Part shown: one piece after another, positions 40,144 through 53,145 of the stretch
Layout: the number at the start of each line of letters is the position of its first letter
Numbering within the stretch: the first letter of the stretch is position 1
Origin: Tubulanus polymorphus
Lineage: Eukaryota > Animalia > Nemertea
NCBI RefSeq assembly: GCF_964204645.1
Contig: NC_134027.1
Location: forward strand, 14,788,485-14,852,484
Length of the DNA: 64,000 nucleotides
Direction: 5' to 3'
Notes under the pieces: generated by a model
The model's database searches: none
Told to the model about the DNA's origin: nothing
Seen by the model: only the letters and a program-made list of their open reading frames with translations
Position numbers and translations under genes: made by a program

Positions 40144-41287
40144 TAGGGTTTCTGCTGCCTCGGCAGAAACCCTATTGGATTCCTGCTGATTATTATTTTA
40201 ACATATTTTCCACTGAGTTTCGTCACATAAAAATCATCTTCTATTAGATTTGACTACTAACAACTTTGAAACGAAATGTTAAACTCTGATAATAATTTGA
40301 CAGTCTCTTGCTGCGCGTAGTTTCTATGGATGTACTGTGCTTCCTATTTTAAACTTGAAGTTACTTAAAGATTACACCGGTGGAAATAGCAATCATCAAT
40401 CATGGCGCGCACACTGGCGCGAATCTGAAAGTTTGTGACGTCATTTCATAAATAAATAAAGAAGGAATGCTCCGAGAATATCCAAATCGCAGGTAACTGT
40501 AAATAACTGGGGTTCGACCATTCACAACTTAAAAATGTACTTCCTTGTTTGTGAAGTAAGTTTATTCATGCTGTTATTAAAAGCAGTTCCTTTTAAACCT
40601 TCTATAATAGTATAGTTTCTCAATTGAATTGAATTGGTCTAAAGTCAGTTTAAACATCACATACATTACAAACTGGAGGTCCCTTGTACATGTACATCAC
40701 ATCGCGACGCAGCGGCGATGGTAATGTCATAGAAGAACAAAGTGAGTTGAAAATACCTACCCACAGCACCGATAAAGAATGATTGCTAGCCAGAGACCAG
40801 TGACAGTTAGTTAAGGGAATGATGGTACCGTTCGTGATTATGTTTTTATAATGGTTATTGGACGTCAATTTCATATGTGAATTGTAGTCCCCATCTGATC
40901 GCTTGACTTGTCAGACTGACTTGTCACTCCTCTACTAATAGTAACACTATACGGCCTTCCCTCCCGCATAGTTTACCCTATAGGCCAAATTTGTGCTTTG
41001 GGCCAAATTCGGTTTTCTTATCTAGTCGACTTTTTTTCGGAACTAATAATAACTGAATATGCGCTTAAACTGTCACTGTTATTTCCCCGAAAACCTGGCA
41101 CATTAGTACTTTGCGCGTAGTAGCACATTTGGGTCAACATATCCATGTTGTGAGTTGACCCATAGGTGGCACTCTTTCAAAAAAACGGAATGTAACGAAC
41201 TGATTTCGGGTGAAATCTTTGCTCGCATCCCTGAACGACATTGTATCCAGAAAGGCAGAAACCCGTTATCGCTGCTTGCAGCTATAT
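40144..41287 (+). mobile_element. Second Helentron-type element in pPolB N-terminus
   Basis: 5' palindrome AGGGTTTCTGC-TGCCTCG-GCAGAAACCCT; 3' subTIR GCAGAAACCC + hairpin GCTGCTTGCAGC; T-run target; empty site seen in copy B at ~27460-27480; related 3' end at ~31565-31600 (-). Confidence 0.8.
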
Positions 41288-41550
41288 TTTCTAATTGTTC
41301 TTTTCTTTCATTGGAATTTTCTGGAGTTTCAAAATCTATAACATTTTTTTAATGATTTGCAGTTTTTTCATGCCGAGATTTATCAGATTTATCAATGTAT
41401 TTTTTACAATATGTACAATAATATTGATTTTCATTAACATCATTTTTTTCTGTCTGGTACTCACTGTCCCATTTATTAGGGAAAAAAATTACTTGTGGTG
41501 ATGAGTGGTGTGTCGTCCTCTGATCTGAAAACGCCATATTCCAATTACTA

Positions 41551-42944
41551 ATGTTCTATCAAGTGAGGGTGCCCCTGCAAGACAGGGACTGTCTACGCTT
41601 TTTGTTTTGGCCGAACGGCGACGTGACTAAACCACCCGCATGTTACCGAATGACCGTGCATCTGTTCGGGGCCGTGTCATCTCCGAGTTGTGCGAACGTT
41701 ACCCTGAGACGTACAGCCACCGACAATATAGACTTTTTGACAAGGAAGTGATTGACACAATTTCACACAATTTTTACGTCGACGACTGCCTCAAGTGTCC
41801 CGAGGTGCCGTCTGAATCCGCAAAGGTGGCCTCCGATCTTAGAGCCCTGTGTGCTTGCGGCGGGTTCAAGCTCACGCAGTGGTCATCGAATGACACTTCA
41901 ACCATCGACCAATTCCCGATGGAAGACAGAGCACACGAGTCGTATGCGGTCAGCTTAGATGATCACAGCACTCCACCGTTAAGCAGAACCTTAGGCGTCA
42001 TATGGTCGCCAACTGATGACCAATTTAGCTTCCGTGCGCAGGCGACAGATAAGCCTGTAACGCACCGAATCATGCTGTCGTTCGTAAGCTCGATGTTCGA
42101 CCCGATGGGTTTCGTAGCTCCCGTAATCCTCCCAGGAAAAATCATCCTGCAAAAGCATTGCGCGCTCAAGTTGGATTGGGATCAAGTAATCCCCGATTCA
42201 ATGCGCGTACTCTGTGAAGACTGGCTTCGAGATTTGAACTAGCTGATTACCGTTTCGATTCGCAGAAGAAAGAAACCCTTCTAGCTTTGCGGCTTATCGA
42301 AAATGTCCATAGAGCGATCGGTCATCTCGGGACAGAAGCAAATCTGTGCGAACTCCGGAAGCAGGGTCTATGGCTTGTCCAAGGCCAGTAGGCAGATAAA
42401 GCGTTTCGTTCATCACTGTGTTGTTTGTAGGAAAAATCAAGGGCGTGTTTTGGAGCAAAAAATGGTCGGTCTGCCTCCCCCCCAACAGGCTGAAACCTGA
42501 GAAGCCTCTTTTTACACGTACTGGGGCCGACTACTTTGGTCCGTTCCAAATCAAAGTCGGCAGGAGTCTCGTTAAGCGATACGGTGTTATCTTTACGTGT
42601 TTGGCATCAGCCATCCATCTCGAGTGCGCTCATAGTCTCGATACGTCCTCGTGTATTAATGCTTTGCGTCGGTTTTTCGCACGACGAGGAAACGTGCGAT
42701 ACGTTAGATCGGACAATGGAACGAACCTATAGTCGGTGCCGAGCGAGAGCTAAAAGAGGCATTAGAGCATCAGGATCACAAGCTTATGCAAGATACCCTT
42801 AACGACCGCGGTATAGAGTGGGAGTTCAACCCACCACTGGCTTCCCACTATGGTGGCGTGTGGGACCGTCTCATTCGTTCCGTTGGAAAGGTGCTGTACT
42901 CGCTAGTAAAGAAGCAAGCGCACATGCTCACCGATGCGTCTTTT
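41551..42944 (+). mobile_element. BEL/Pao element A, pol fragment (RT to integrase), left part
   Basis: [62 protein letters not shown]. Confidence 0.9.
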
Positions 42945-43035
42945 ATTATTATTATTGTTGTTATCGTTATCGTTATCGTTATCGTTATCGTTATTGTTGT
43001 TATTATTATTATCATTATTATTATTATTATTATTA
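42941..43035. repeat. Compound microsatellite (ATT)n/(ATCGTT)n, 3' tail of the adjacent LINE
   Basis: Direct reading; lies at the 3' end of the minus-strand LINE. Confidence 0.9.
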
Positions 43036-44133
43036 ATGTATTTATAGTGCCTGTATCCACAAAAAAATGTGATCAAAGACACTTTTGTACCAGTCATGAA
43101 AATAGATGCGTTTTCAGACGTCGCCTGAAAATCGCTTAGCTGTCAGATGCTCTAATAGAAATAGGGAGCTTATTCCACATACGTGGAGCAGCACATGAAA
43201 AAGAGCGATCTCCAAACGACGTCAGTCTGCTTCTAGGTTGGGACAAAAGGAGTTCTCCAGAAGATCTTAATGAACGACTTGGTGTATAAAGTTGAACTAG
43301 TTGTTGTAGGTAGGTTGGAGCTAGGCCATGAACACACTTGTATGTTAAAACGAGCACCTTAAATTGGATTCTTTTCTCAACTGGAAGCCAATGAAGGCTT
43401 TTCAAAACTGGGGAAATATGGTCATCTCTTGGAGTGTCAGTCACAAGGCGGGCAGCATTATTTTGAACTCTTTGTTAAAGGGAAAGTGTGGTTTGCGGAA
43501 TACCAATGAGTAGAGCATTGAGCCCATCCAGCCTAGAAGTAACTAATGCATTTATAAGAGTAAGTGCAGCATCAGTTGTAATGTACCTCCGGATGAGCCC
43601 AATGTTCCTCAAATGAAAGTAGCAAGATTTACAAATATTTCTGATTATCCATAGACATGTGCTCATCAAAATAACCACCTAGATTTCTTACGACACTACT
43701 CCTTTGAATCATGTGACCACCAACATTTACAGCTGTTGGCAGGGCAGAAAAGTTCTGTTGACGAGAATGGATGATCAGAAATTCAGTCTTGTGTCATCAT
43801 TAAGTTTTAAGAAATTTCTAGCCATCCACTCTCGAACCTCTGCAATACAAGTCTCAAGTTTAGAGATTGCATCTACGCTATCAGCAGGATGGAAACAAAT
43901 GTAGAGCTGGCTGTCATCAGCCAAAAAGTGGTAACAGATACCATGTTTACGAATTATTTCGCCTAGTGGGCTCATATAGATTGAAAACAGCAAAGGGCCT
44001 AAGAGAGAACCCTGCGGTACACCAGTACCAAGCCTACAAGGGGAAGACATGTGACCATCAACACAAACGCATTGAGTTCTATTGTCCAAGTAGGACCTAA
44101 ACCAATTAAGTGCGCTGCCTTCTAACCCAACAC
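43036..44133 (-). mobile_element. CR1/L2-group LINE, 3' part
   Basis: GVPQGSLLGP, LADDSQLY, HISPVLKSLHWLPV, GDRSFS.AAP..WN; continues at 51834. Confidence 0.9.
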
Positions 44134-47100
44134 TGTCGGTGACGCCATTCAGTTTGACACAATTCTTTCTCTAGTTTATAGTTTGAACCGCTCTTATCAG
44201 TACACTTTCATTCAGGCATTACGGTAATTCGACTCTCTTTAGATAAACGACTATTTCCAGGCATCACCCACGTCTCTCTTTCCTCTGCGCATGCGTATAT
44301 AATATAACCTTATAGTTTTAGTAAAATATATTCAGTTAGTCATATGGAAATTCATGAGTTAGATCTTATCAATCGATAGTCGCCACTCGGACGGCCAGAG
44401 TCGACGACATTGGTGCCGTGACCAGGATACTATTCATCATCATCAATACACAACGCAATGCATTAATGAATAAAAAAGTCAACTAACTCAAACGAAGTCA
44501 AAAGTTAAGAAAATTCAATTCATCATGACGAAGATCGAACAACTCATCAGAAAAAGAGAATCAACCATCGACGCATTTCATGCGGAATACTCTGTTATTC
44601 TGCAAATAATGCAGCAGACAACGGTAACCGAAGACCAGGGAACTGAGCTCGAAGCTCGCCTGGAAGAATTACAAGACGCACACGAAACACGGGAAAACGT
44701 TTCTAATCAAATCCAAGAGATGATTAGAAATGACGACGACTATAACTAGGGGTCCAGGGACACCATGCCCACTTGGGAAGTGGTTCCAAATGCTCAACAA
44801 TCTAACAATTTGCAATATTCAACGCCCCCTGGTGACCATATACAAAAACCAATGAACTTGAAACTCACCACAATCATAGAACATGTCAGCAGCTACGATT
44901 TTGTAATTGATTGTGATAACAAAATATGCCTCGTTACCAATTTAATATGGAAATACTAAGTTATTCTACTATTTGACGCCTCCTGGTGACCATATTCAAA
45001 ACCCAATGACCTTGAAACTTACCACAATCATAGAACATGTCATGAACTACAACTTTGCAATTGATCATGGTAACAAAATATGCCTAGGTACCAATATAAT
45101 AAGGAAATATTAAGTTACTCTACTATTCAACGCCCCCTGGTGACCATATAGAATAACTAATGTCCTTAAAACTCCCAACAATCATAGATGATGTCATGAG
45201 CTACAACTTTCCAATTGATTGTGGTTACAAAATATGCATAGGTACGAATATAAAATAGAAATGCTAAGATATTGCATTATTCAACGCCCCTTGGTGGCCT
45301 TATACAAAATCAAAGGATCTTGAAACTCACCACAATCATAGAACACGTTATGAGCTACAGTTTTCTAACTGATTGTGGTAACAAAATACGCTAGGTATCA
45401 ATATAATGTGGAAAAACTTTTTCCCAATTACAAATGAGTACTGGTGACACCAAGATGGCCGCCAATTGCGTCATAATTGGCTGATGAAAAATACCGGTCT
45501 CAGGTATAAAACATCCCTTTCCAAAGAATACCCATCACAAGTTGTAATGAGAAATGGTAAACCAGTAGGAAGCTACAGGACTCAGAATTCGGGCCAAAAT
45601 TAACATTTTTGGGCACTAAAAAGGTCATAGGACGGCCATCTTGAGTCCGATCGACCCAATTTTTGTTATGCTGTTGGGCCCTGGGGGGATTCACATATAT
45701 CCGAAAGATCAAGGTAATTGATCAAAGCGTCTTCAAAATTTCCCTCAAAAAGTTCAAAAATATGTAAAATGTGCTGATTTTGGCGAACAACAATGGCTGC
45801 CAGTCAGCCATCTTGAATCTGACAGGGCCAGTTTTTGGGCTGAAGATGTGTCTAGGGTAGATACATGTGTAACCCAAATATCAAGAAATTACCTAGAAGC
45901 GTCTTCAAAACTTCCCAAAATAACTGGATTCCGTCTAAAGTCCCAAGTGGGCTAAAAACGAAACGAAAACATCAAACGCAAGACGATCAGAAGAACGAGT
46001 TAAACTTCTGAAAACCAAACGATATATTGAAAACCACACGAAGTCTAAACGACCCGAAACATCAACTGTCCGGATAACAGACGACAATGATCATCATCAA
46101 TTTACGGCGAGATTACCTAAATTGAAACTGCCTGTATTCGACGGAACTTATACCCAGTGGACAGCGTTCTGGGAAACGATTGAATGCGACGTCATCGCAG
46201 CAAAATTCAGCGATATAACAAAATTCAACTATATCGTCGGTCAGCTTCGGGGAAGCGCCCTCGAAGCAGTTAAGGGACTATTCGCATCCGGCTCGAATCT
46301 CGAGACATTGACATCAATTCTGAAAGATCGTTTCGGACAAAATCGTAAAATTGTTCGAGCGCATATTCAGGAAATCTATGATATTTCATCAACAACTTCG
46401 AACTATTCAGGGCTGTCACAATTTCTAAATAAGATCAACGCGAATATAAGATCATTAAAACATCTGGGCGTTGACGTTAACGCGTGTGCACCATTCATCA
46501 TAACATCGTTAGAGAAAAAACTAGAAAAAATGGGCACATGCGGTCAAAAAGATAACTTTGATCTGGATAAATTCATTAACACATACGAAGAGTGTCTCGA
46601 CAATCTGGGTGAAAATGTAAGTGAAAAATCTCTACAGTACCAACATCAGTATCGAAATTCGAGAACCGGTACTGGGACATCATTGGTATCCGTCACTAAA
46701 CAGACACAGTTGAAATGCACATTTTGTGACGGCGAACACTACCCAACAAACTGTCAACTACCAATCGAAGAGCGTCTTCAAAGGGTAATCGAAAGACGAT
46801 TATGTCGAAACTGTCTCAAACCAAATCATCAAGCAAAGGACTGTCAAAACCGCAATCGCTGTAAAATATGCAAGAAGACACATCACACGTCAATTCACCG
46901 AGATCAACATCAACAAACTGTCTCCGGATGTACATTCGGTCATGCGCAGGATAACATCGTTCAAACATCGGATATAAATAATGTCAAATCATGCGAGGAT
47001 ATGAATTTCAGTATCGATTTCGGAAAATACGCATTGGATACTACCAACATGGTTAGTAATCAAAATCATGATTATCAAAATGAGGTTGTGTTGCTGCAAA

Positions 47101-50100
47101 CGGGGCAGGTGAGTATTGAATATCACAATCACACTTTGGAAGCCAATACTCAGCTCGACAATTGTTCCTCTATGTCATACATTCGCTCCGCTGTTGCCAA
47201 AGCTCTCAAATTGGTACCGTCGTACCAACTATCGAAAAAGGTAAATGGTTTCGGTGGTCATTCTACGAAACGCGTATTTGATATGGCACCCATAGGCATT
47301 AGAACGTCTGATGGCGTTAAATTCATCGACGTAGCTGTCACTGATGAGATAATTCGTCCCATCAATCGATACGGTTGGGCTGATTGTCTAAAATACGAAC
47401 AAATCTCAAATGCAAACCTCGCAGATAACTTTAAATCCGAGGTATTCGTGGTCGATTTATTAATCGGTACTGCCCATCATCATCTATTCTTAAAGAACAA
47501 TCTGGAGGACGTACCGGACGGTCCCCAGTTACAACACACGAATCTCGGTAGTTTCGTTTTCGGGCCCTTACACGGGTTGTTAACCCCTATTGATACAAAT
47601 AGGTCTAGTACAAATGCATACACGGTAAGTACCCTTACAGACTCATCAATTAACAATCGGGAACTGTTGGATGACCAAAGCATAGGAGACTATCTACACC
47701 AAAACATAGCTGAGTTTCCCGGGGATAACACTTTCGATCGAGAAAGTTTCATAACGCAGTATCAAGGTAAGATAGAGTATAAACATGGGTGTTACTGGGC
47801 CCCACTCCCATGGAAACATGAACATGATGAGCTGGGTACCAATCTGGAACAATGCCGGGCTAGATTGTTTCAGATCACCAATCGTCCCCAAAGAACCAAT
47901 CGACTTGAACAGTACATAAAAGTAATGGAAGAACATCGCAACCGAGGTACAGTATCTGAATTACCAAACCCTGATTCTGTCAAGGAAGGGGATTGTTACT
48001 ACTTGCCACATTTCCCTGTACTAAAGGAGAGTAACGCAACCCCTTAACGGATTGTCTTTGCGGCTAACGCAGGCTCCCCATCATTAAACGACTGTCTGTA
48101 TGAGGGTCCAAATATGCTCATTGATCTACCTACCCTCATAATGAAATTCAGAATTGGTAGAATTGGTTTGTCGGCAGACATAGCTAAGGCATTTCTATCA
48201 GTTAAAGTACAGGAAGGCGACAGGAGGTATGTACGATTTCTCTGGTACAAGGACAATAACCCAAACAATCCGATCGTCCCTTACCAACACAATACCGTTA
48301 TTTTCGGTTCTACTGCTAGCCCGTTCATGCTAGCGGCATTGTTGAATAAACATTTGCAACTGAGCGATTCTTGGATCGCAGCGGATATGATCAACAGATT
48401 TTACGTTGATAATCTACTCACGAGTGTGATGTCAGAGGTCGATGCTCTGTCATATTATCAATCATCGAACAAAATTCTCAACGACGCAGGTTTCCACTTA
48501 CGTCAGTGGGCCTCGAACTCAAAACAGGTAAGCGATGCAGCGAAAATCGATGAAATTCAGTACCCCACAGAAGAGGTGTCAGTTCTAGGAATGAGCTGGA
48601 ATACTAGAACTGACCTCATTTAGTTATCTCAGGCTCAGTTGGTTACAACAACAACAAAAACTAAACGGTCTGTAGTTTCGCAAACAGCCTCGGTTTATGA
48701 CCCACTTGGCTTAGCTGGCCCAGTTATCGTATTAGCTAAGATATTTATCAACAAACTGTGGCTGACTGGAAAGAACTGGGATGACAGGTTATCAACAGAA
48801 GAAACGGGTGAGTGGGATGTTATAAGGTCAAATTTACGACAGACGAATGAAATCATAGTGCCGCGTTGGCTTGGTATGGACACCAATCAGAAGGTACATT
48901 TCATGGTATTCTCCGATGCTGCTCCGATTGTAGCCATCGGCTGTGTGGTTTATGCAAAACAAGGTGGAAATGTACAGATTATAGGTTCTAAAAACTAAGT
49001 CGTGTCCAAAAACAAATCCGGATGGACTGTTCCAAAGTTGGAGCTCGAAGCGATGACTATGGCTGTCAAATATGTAAACACAGTCATAGACGCATATTCA
49101 TCACAATTCAAAACAATTGAGGTAAGATATTTTACCGATTCAACTATAGCTCTGTGTTGGCTGAAATCAAACAAGGATTTGACCCAATTTGTAAAGAATC
49201 GAGTCGAAAAGATCAAGAATGGGAGCCTTGTGGATCGCTGGACGCATGTGGCTTCAGAACACAATCCGGCTGACATCATTTCTAGAGGCATGTCCTTTGA
49301 CAATCTTAGAAAATCTATGTGGTTCACAGGCCCTCAGTGGATGCTAGCCTCTTCGGCCCCTCCCGTTGCTAATGAGGATATCGGGGTCACAATCCTCGCA
49401 GCAGCAGCAGAATACGAAAATGAATTCATCACTCGAGAAACGCAAGATTCCGACAAACAAGGTATTCACAACATTATTGATGTCAACGAATTCACTGATT
49501 GGACCAAGCTCATAAAGGTTATAGCGTTGGTCAAGCGAGCCTTTAAAAAAGGGCTAACACACAAACGATGTCAATTGTCTGCTGCTGACATGTACTCAGC
49601 TGAAATGAAACTGATACTTAGCCACCAACGTAGAACATACCCTGATGTTTTCAGATACATAAAAACAAACAAAGCTAAGTGCCCTGCTCTTGTTAGGTAG
49701 TTAGGTATCGAAAAAGACAAACATGGTGGTTACCTTCGTTGTGTAGGTCGACTTAAGAATGCGAAACAGGTAAACCCTCTTCTCATTTCACACAACTCAT
49801 ACCTAGCTACGCTCATCATACGCAAATCTCACGAAAATGTCCTACACTACGGTGTTGGTATGACAATATGCGATATTCGGAAGCGATATTGGATCTCGGC
49901 GGTCAGATTCGTAGCCAAGAAAGTTCTCCATCGATGCGTAACATGCAAAAAGCTGTACGGTAAGCCCTATACCGCCCCTGACCCCCCACCTCTTCCGGAC
50001 TTCAGGTTGACCAATTTCAGGCCTTTCTCCGCCACTGCCGTGGATTTCACTGGCCATTTGAATGTCCGGAAAGGGGTTACAGAGGTAGGTAAATGTTACA

Positions 50101-51833
50101 TATGTTCGTACACGTGTTGTACAACCCGTGCGGTGCATTTAGAAGTGGTTAACGACCTGTCCGTAGATTCTTACATACGCTCGTTTCGACGTTTTTGTAC
50201 GGCCTATTTGACTCCAAATATACTCTACAGCGATAATGCGCAAACCTTCGTCGCGGGGGAGGCCGAAATAAAGCGTTTATTTGAAATCGCAAATTCGTCT
50301 CAATCGCAAAACCATTATGCTGAAAAGCGTGTTGCCTTCAAGTATGCTCCCGTCCAAGCCCCTTGGATGGCGGGAGTTCACGAGCGGTGCGTAGGTACGA
50401 TAAAACGAGCTGTTAAGAAAACGCTTAAGAAAGCTCTCGTTACAATTGAAGAATTATAAACGCGTGTTAAAGAAATTCAGGCTATAGTAAATAATAGGCC
50501 CCTAACTTACGTCGAAGAAAAAATTGACGAGCTAAAACCAGTCACTCCTAATTCGTTAATCTATGGACGTGACGTCGAGTTGATACCTAACGAAGAAATC
50601 GGGGAATCTGAAATATTTGATGCGGATTATTTGAACAACACGAGCATAACGTTGCAAAAGATGGCCTTTTATATAGCCAAGCTCATTACTGATTTCCAAA
50701 ACCGCTTTAAATCTGGGTACCTAGCTGTACTCCGCGAACGACATAGAACTGAAATTAAAAAGTGACATCACAAAAAGGCCACAATAAAAAACGGAGATAT
50801 GGTAGTGATTAACGACAAAGCCACTTCTCGTCACAAATGGAAACTCGGAATTATTACCGAAACCCTCGAAAGTAGTGACGGCGGTATCCGCGGCTAGGGT
50901 CAAAACCATCAACGGAACAACTTGTCGAGCAGTGTCAAAATTATATCCACTTGAATTTAGTGTAGATATGATTGTGAAACAAAACAATCAGCAGCTGACA
51001 AACCCAAACCATTAAAAAGACCCTGTCGTGAAGCAGCACACAAAGCTCGAGCTAAGATTGCTCAACTGGCGACTGATAGTGATCATGATTCGGATTCGAC
51101 TTAGTTGGGAATTTACATTCGAACGTGTTTAAGTTTACATAAAAATTCTCATGTTGAAAATTGTGTGCATCTCGTTCAATCTCGCATATATTTTAGTTTA
51201 GCGTAGATTAGTATTAGATTAAATAGTTTGTTATATGTTACATGTTCAAATGAAAGTGTATCGGTGATTACATATTCGTGGATTATTTCAACGCGCACAG
51301 CCATGACCGATGGAATGGAACACAGTGACCTACAACCGTGGATAACTCATGTCACCGGATGATATAAACATATAACATATAACATATAACATAAACATAT
51401 AAGTAATTTTAATCACGCCAGTAACTGTTTACGCGTTTACACATGGAACTTTAATTGTGCAACTACAAATTGCATATGCGGATATTATAAAAAGACACTA
51501 GAACTGCGCTGCGACTATTTCATATCTTGTACCTATCTTCCGGCGGGGGAGGATGTCGGTGACGCCATTCAGTTTGACACAATTCTTTCTCTAGTTTATA
51601 GTTTGAACCGCTCAAAGTATCAGTACACTTTCATTCAGGCATTACGGTAATTCGACTCTCTTTAGATAAACGACTATTTCCAGGCATCACCCACGTCTCT
51701 CTTTCCTCTGCGCATGCGTATATAATCATAACCTTATAGTTTTAGTAAAATATATTCAGTTAGTCATATGGAAATTCATGAGTAAGATCTTATCAATCGA
51801 TAGTCGCCACTCGGACGGCCAGAGTCGACGACA
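44134..51833 (+). mobile_element. Full-length BEL/Pao LTR retrotransposon B
   Basis: LTRs 44134-44409 and 51554-51833 (TG...CA, nearly identical); TSD AACAC; PBS TGGTGCCGTGACCAGGAT (tRNA-His-like) at 44411; PPT GGCGGGGGAGGA; gag-PR-RT-RH-IN in one frame with in-frame stops. Confidence 0.96.
44744..45956 (-). mobile_element. Helentron-type element with internal ~154-bp tandem repeats, inserted in gag of BEL element B
   Basis: subTIR GCCCACTTGGGA / TCCCAAGTGGGC; four units starting ~44818, 44972, 45126, 45280; A/T-run target. Confidence 0.7.
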
Positions 51834-53072
51834 AACACAGTCTTTTAGTCGATTAAGAAGAACTTCATGATTGACAGTATCAAATGCTGCTGATAAATCG
51901 AGCAGCACCAATCCAACTACCTGCTTCTTGTCAACGGCACACAGAATGTCGTTTTGCACCCAAACTAAGGCTGTTTCGGTGCTATGCCCAGCTCTGTAGG
52001 CTGGTTGTAGGCACTCATAGATGCCGTTATCTGACATATGATGGCGAAGTCTCTTCGCAACTACCTTCTCTAAAATCTTGGATAAGAAACCAAGGTTAGA
52101 CACAGGCCGATAGTTATCTAAAACATGGCGGTCCAACGTCGGTTTCTTAAGAAGCGGGGTATCAATGCCTTTTTGAATTCTGTGGGAACAGTACCACTTG
52201 CCAAGGAATCATTGACAATGTTACAGACTACTGGAGCTATACATGGTAGAACACTAAAATTTTTAAGTAAATGAGTCGGTATAGGGTCTAACATACAAGT
52301 TTTAGATGGCGAACACATAATTAACCGTTGTATTTCACTAACAGATGCCAGATCAAGAACAGACAGCCTGCAAGCACTGCTTGTATTGCATGGAATTTCA
52401 GTTGATAGTGACACACCAGCCAAGGCGGCATTTACATTAGATATATTTTCGCTGAAAAAAGTAGCAAATCTATTTGCAAGCTGTTGCTCTGAGCCAGCAG
52501 CATAATCCGGAAGGTTTCGACCTGATTTGTTATTATTTAACAGAGAGTTTGTGATTGTAAAGAGACTTTGTTGATCCCTGCCAGCTTCCGCAATTTTTAC
52601 ATTATAATAGTCGCGCTTGGCCGCCTCAATACAATGAACCACATTCAAATGTTTAGCCTTGTAAACCTGTCGGTTAACTTCAAGTTTACTAACACGCCAA
52701 CATCTTTCTGCTTTTCGTCTTTCCAGTCATGCATGATGCACACTCACATTGTACCAAGGCACTCTATCCCGAACACTAATAGCCTTAGTTTTCAGAGGGG
52801 CATGCTTGTTTAATAACATTTTCAATTCTGAATCATAAGAAGCTGCATTATGTGTGTCAGCTGTTGCGAACACCCTTTCAATATCTGCACTCAGTGAGTG
52901 ACAGTCAATAGATCTAAGTTTCCTGCATTCAATTTTTCTGCGACATTGTTTGTGGGTGCATTTATCCGGGATGACAAACCATATGGGGCAATGATCTGAA
53001 AAGGTAAAAGCATCACCGCAAATGTTGCCTGCCAAGGTAATGTCCGATGACCTAGTAATAATATGATCAAGA
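51834..53072 (-). mobile_element. CR1/L2-group LINE, 5' continuation of 43036-44133, 5'-truncated within APE
   Basis: SDH, KHAPLK, LDPIPT, NYRPVSNL, HSTETAL, LDLSAAFDTV; joins across the AACAC TSD; GTCTTTT at both outer junctions. Confidence 0.9.
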
Positions 53073-53145
53073 GTCTTTTGTTACATTGTTACAATAACCG
53101 CCCTATCACGAGGGTTTCGCGCGATCCGAATGACCTGGAAGCACT

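Larger units (their letters stand above)
33146..41472 (-). pseudogene. polB: Polinton protein-primed DNA polymerase B (copy A), essentially complete but frameshifted, with an intein and two TE insertions
   Basis: N-terminal C2H2 fingers, EndoVII-like domain, exonuclease motifs, IRGGIS, motif A YIDANNVYGWAM, motif B KLMNNSFNGK, motif C YFD/TDS, GKFKDE, RSKMYS, C-terminal SLNPFDDNRYILGDGIKTLPYGH* at 33146-33220. Confidence 0.93.
25733..41549. mobile_element. Polinton/Maverick copy A (short-TIR form), rearranged and invaded by other TEs
   Basis: Inverted termini AGTAATTGG(G)AA..TGGC(G)TTTCA..CA.AGGACGA..CAC.CTCATCACCAC at 25733 (+) and 41549 (-); pPolB reads inward from the right end; small ORF remnant at the left end as at 60345; no 6-bp TSD found. 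Confidence 0.7.

Noticed and set aside
25727-41555. 6-bp TSD around Polinton copy A
   Set aside because: Flanks AGTAAT (or TAGAAG) and AATGTT do not match and belong to different TEs, so a clean single insertion cannot be claimed.
42786-43139. ORFs with poly-Ile/Val, poly-Tyr and poly-Asn tracts
   Set aside because: Translations of the microsatellite LINE tail, not proteins.
46122-50765. Stop-codon reassignment or readthrough in BEL B
   Set aside because: All three stop types occur at positions expecting different residues; ordinary nonsense mutations are simpler.
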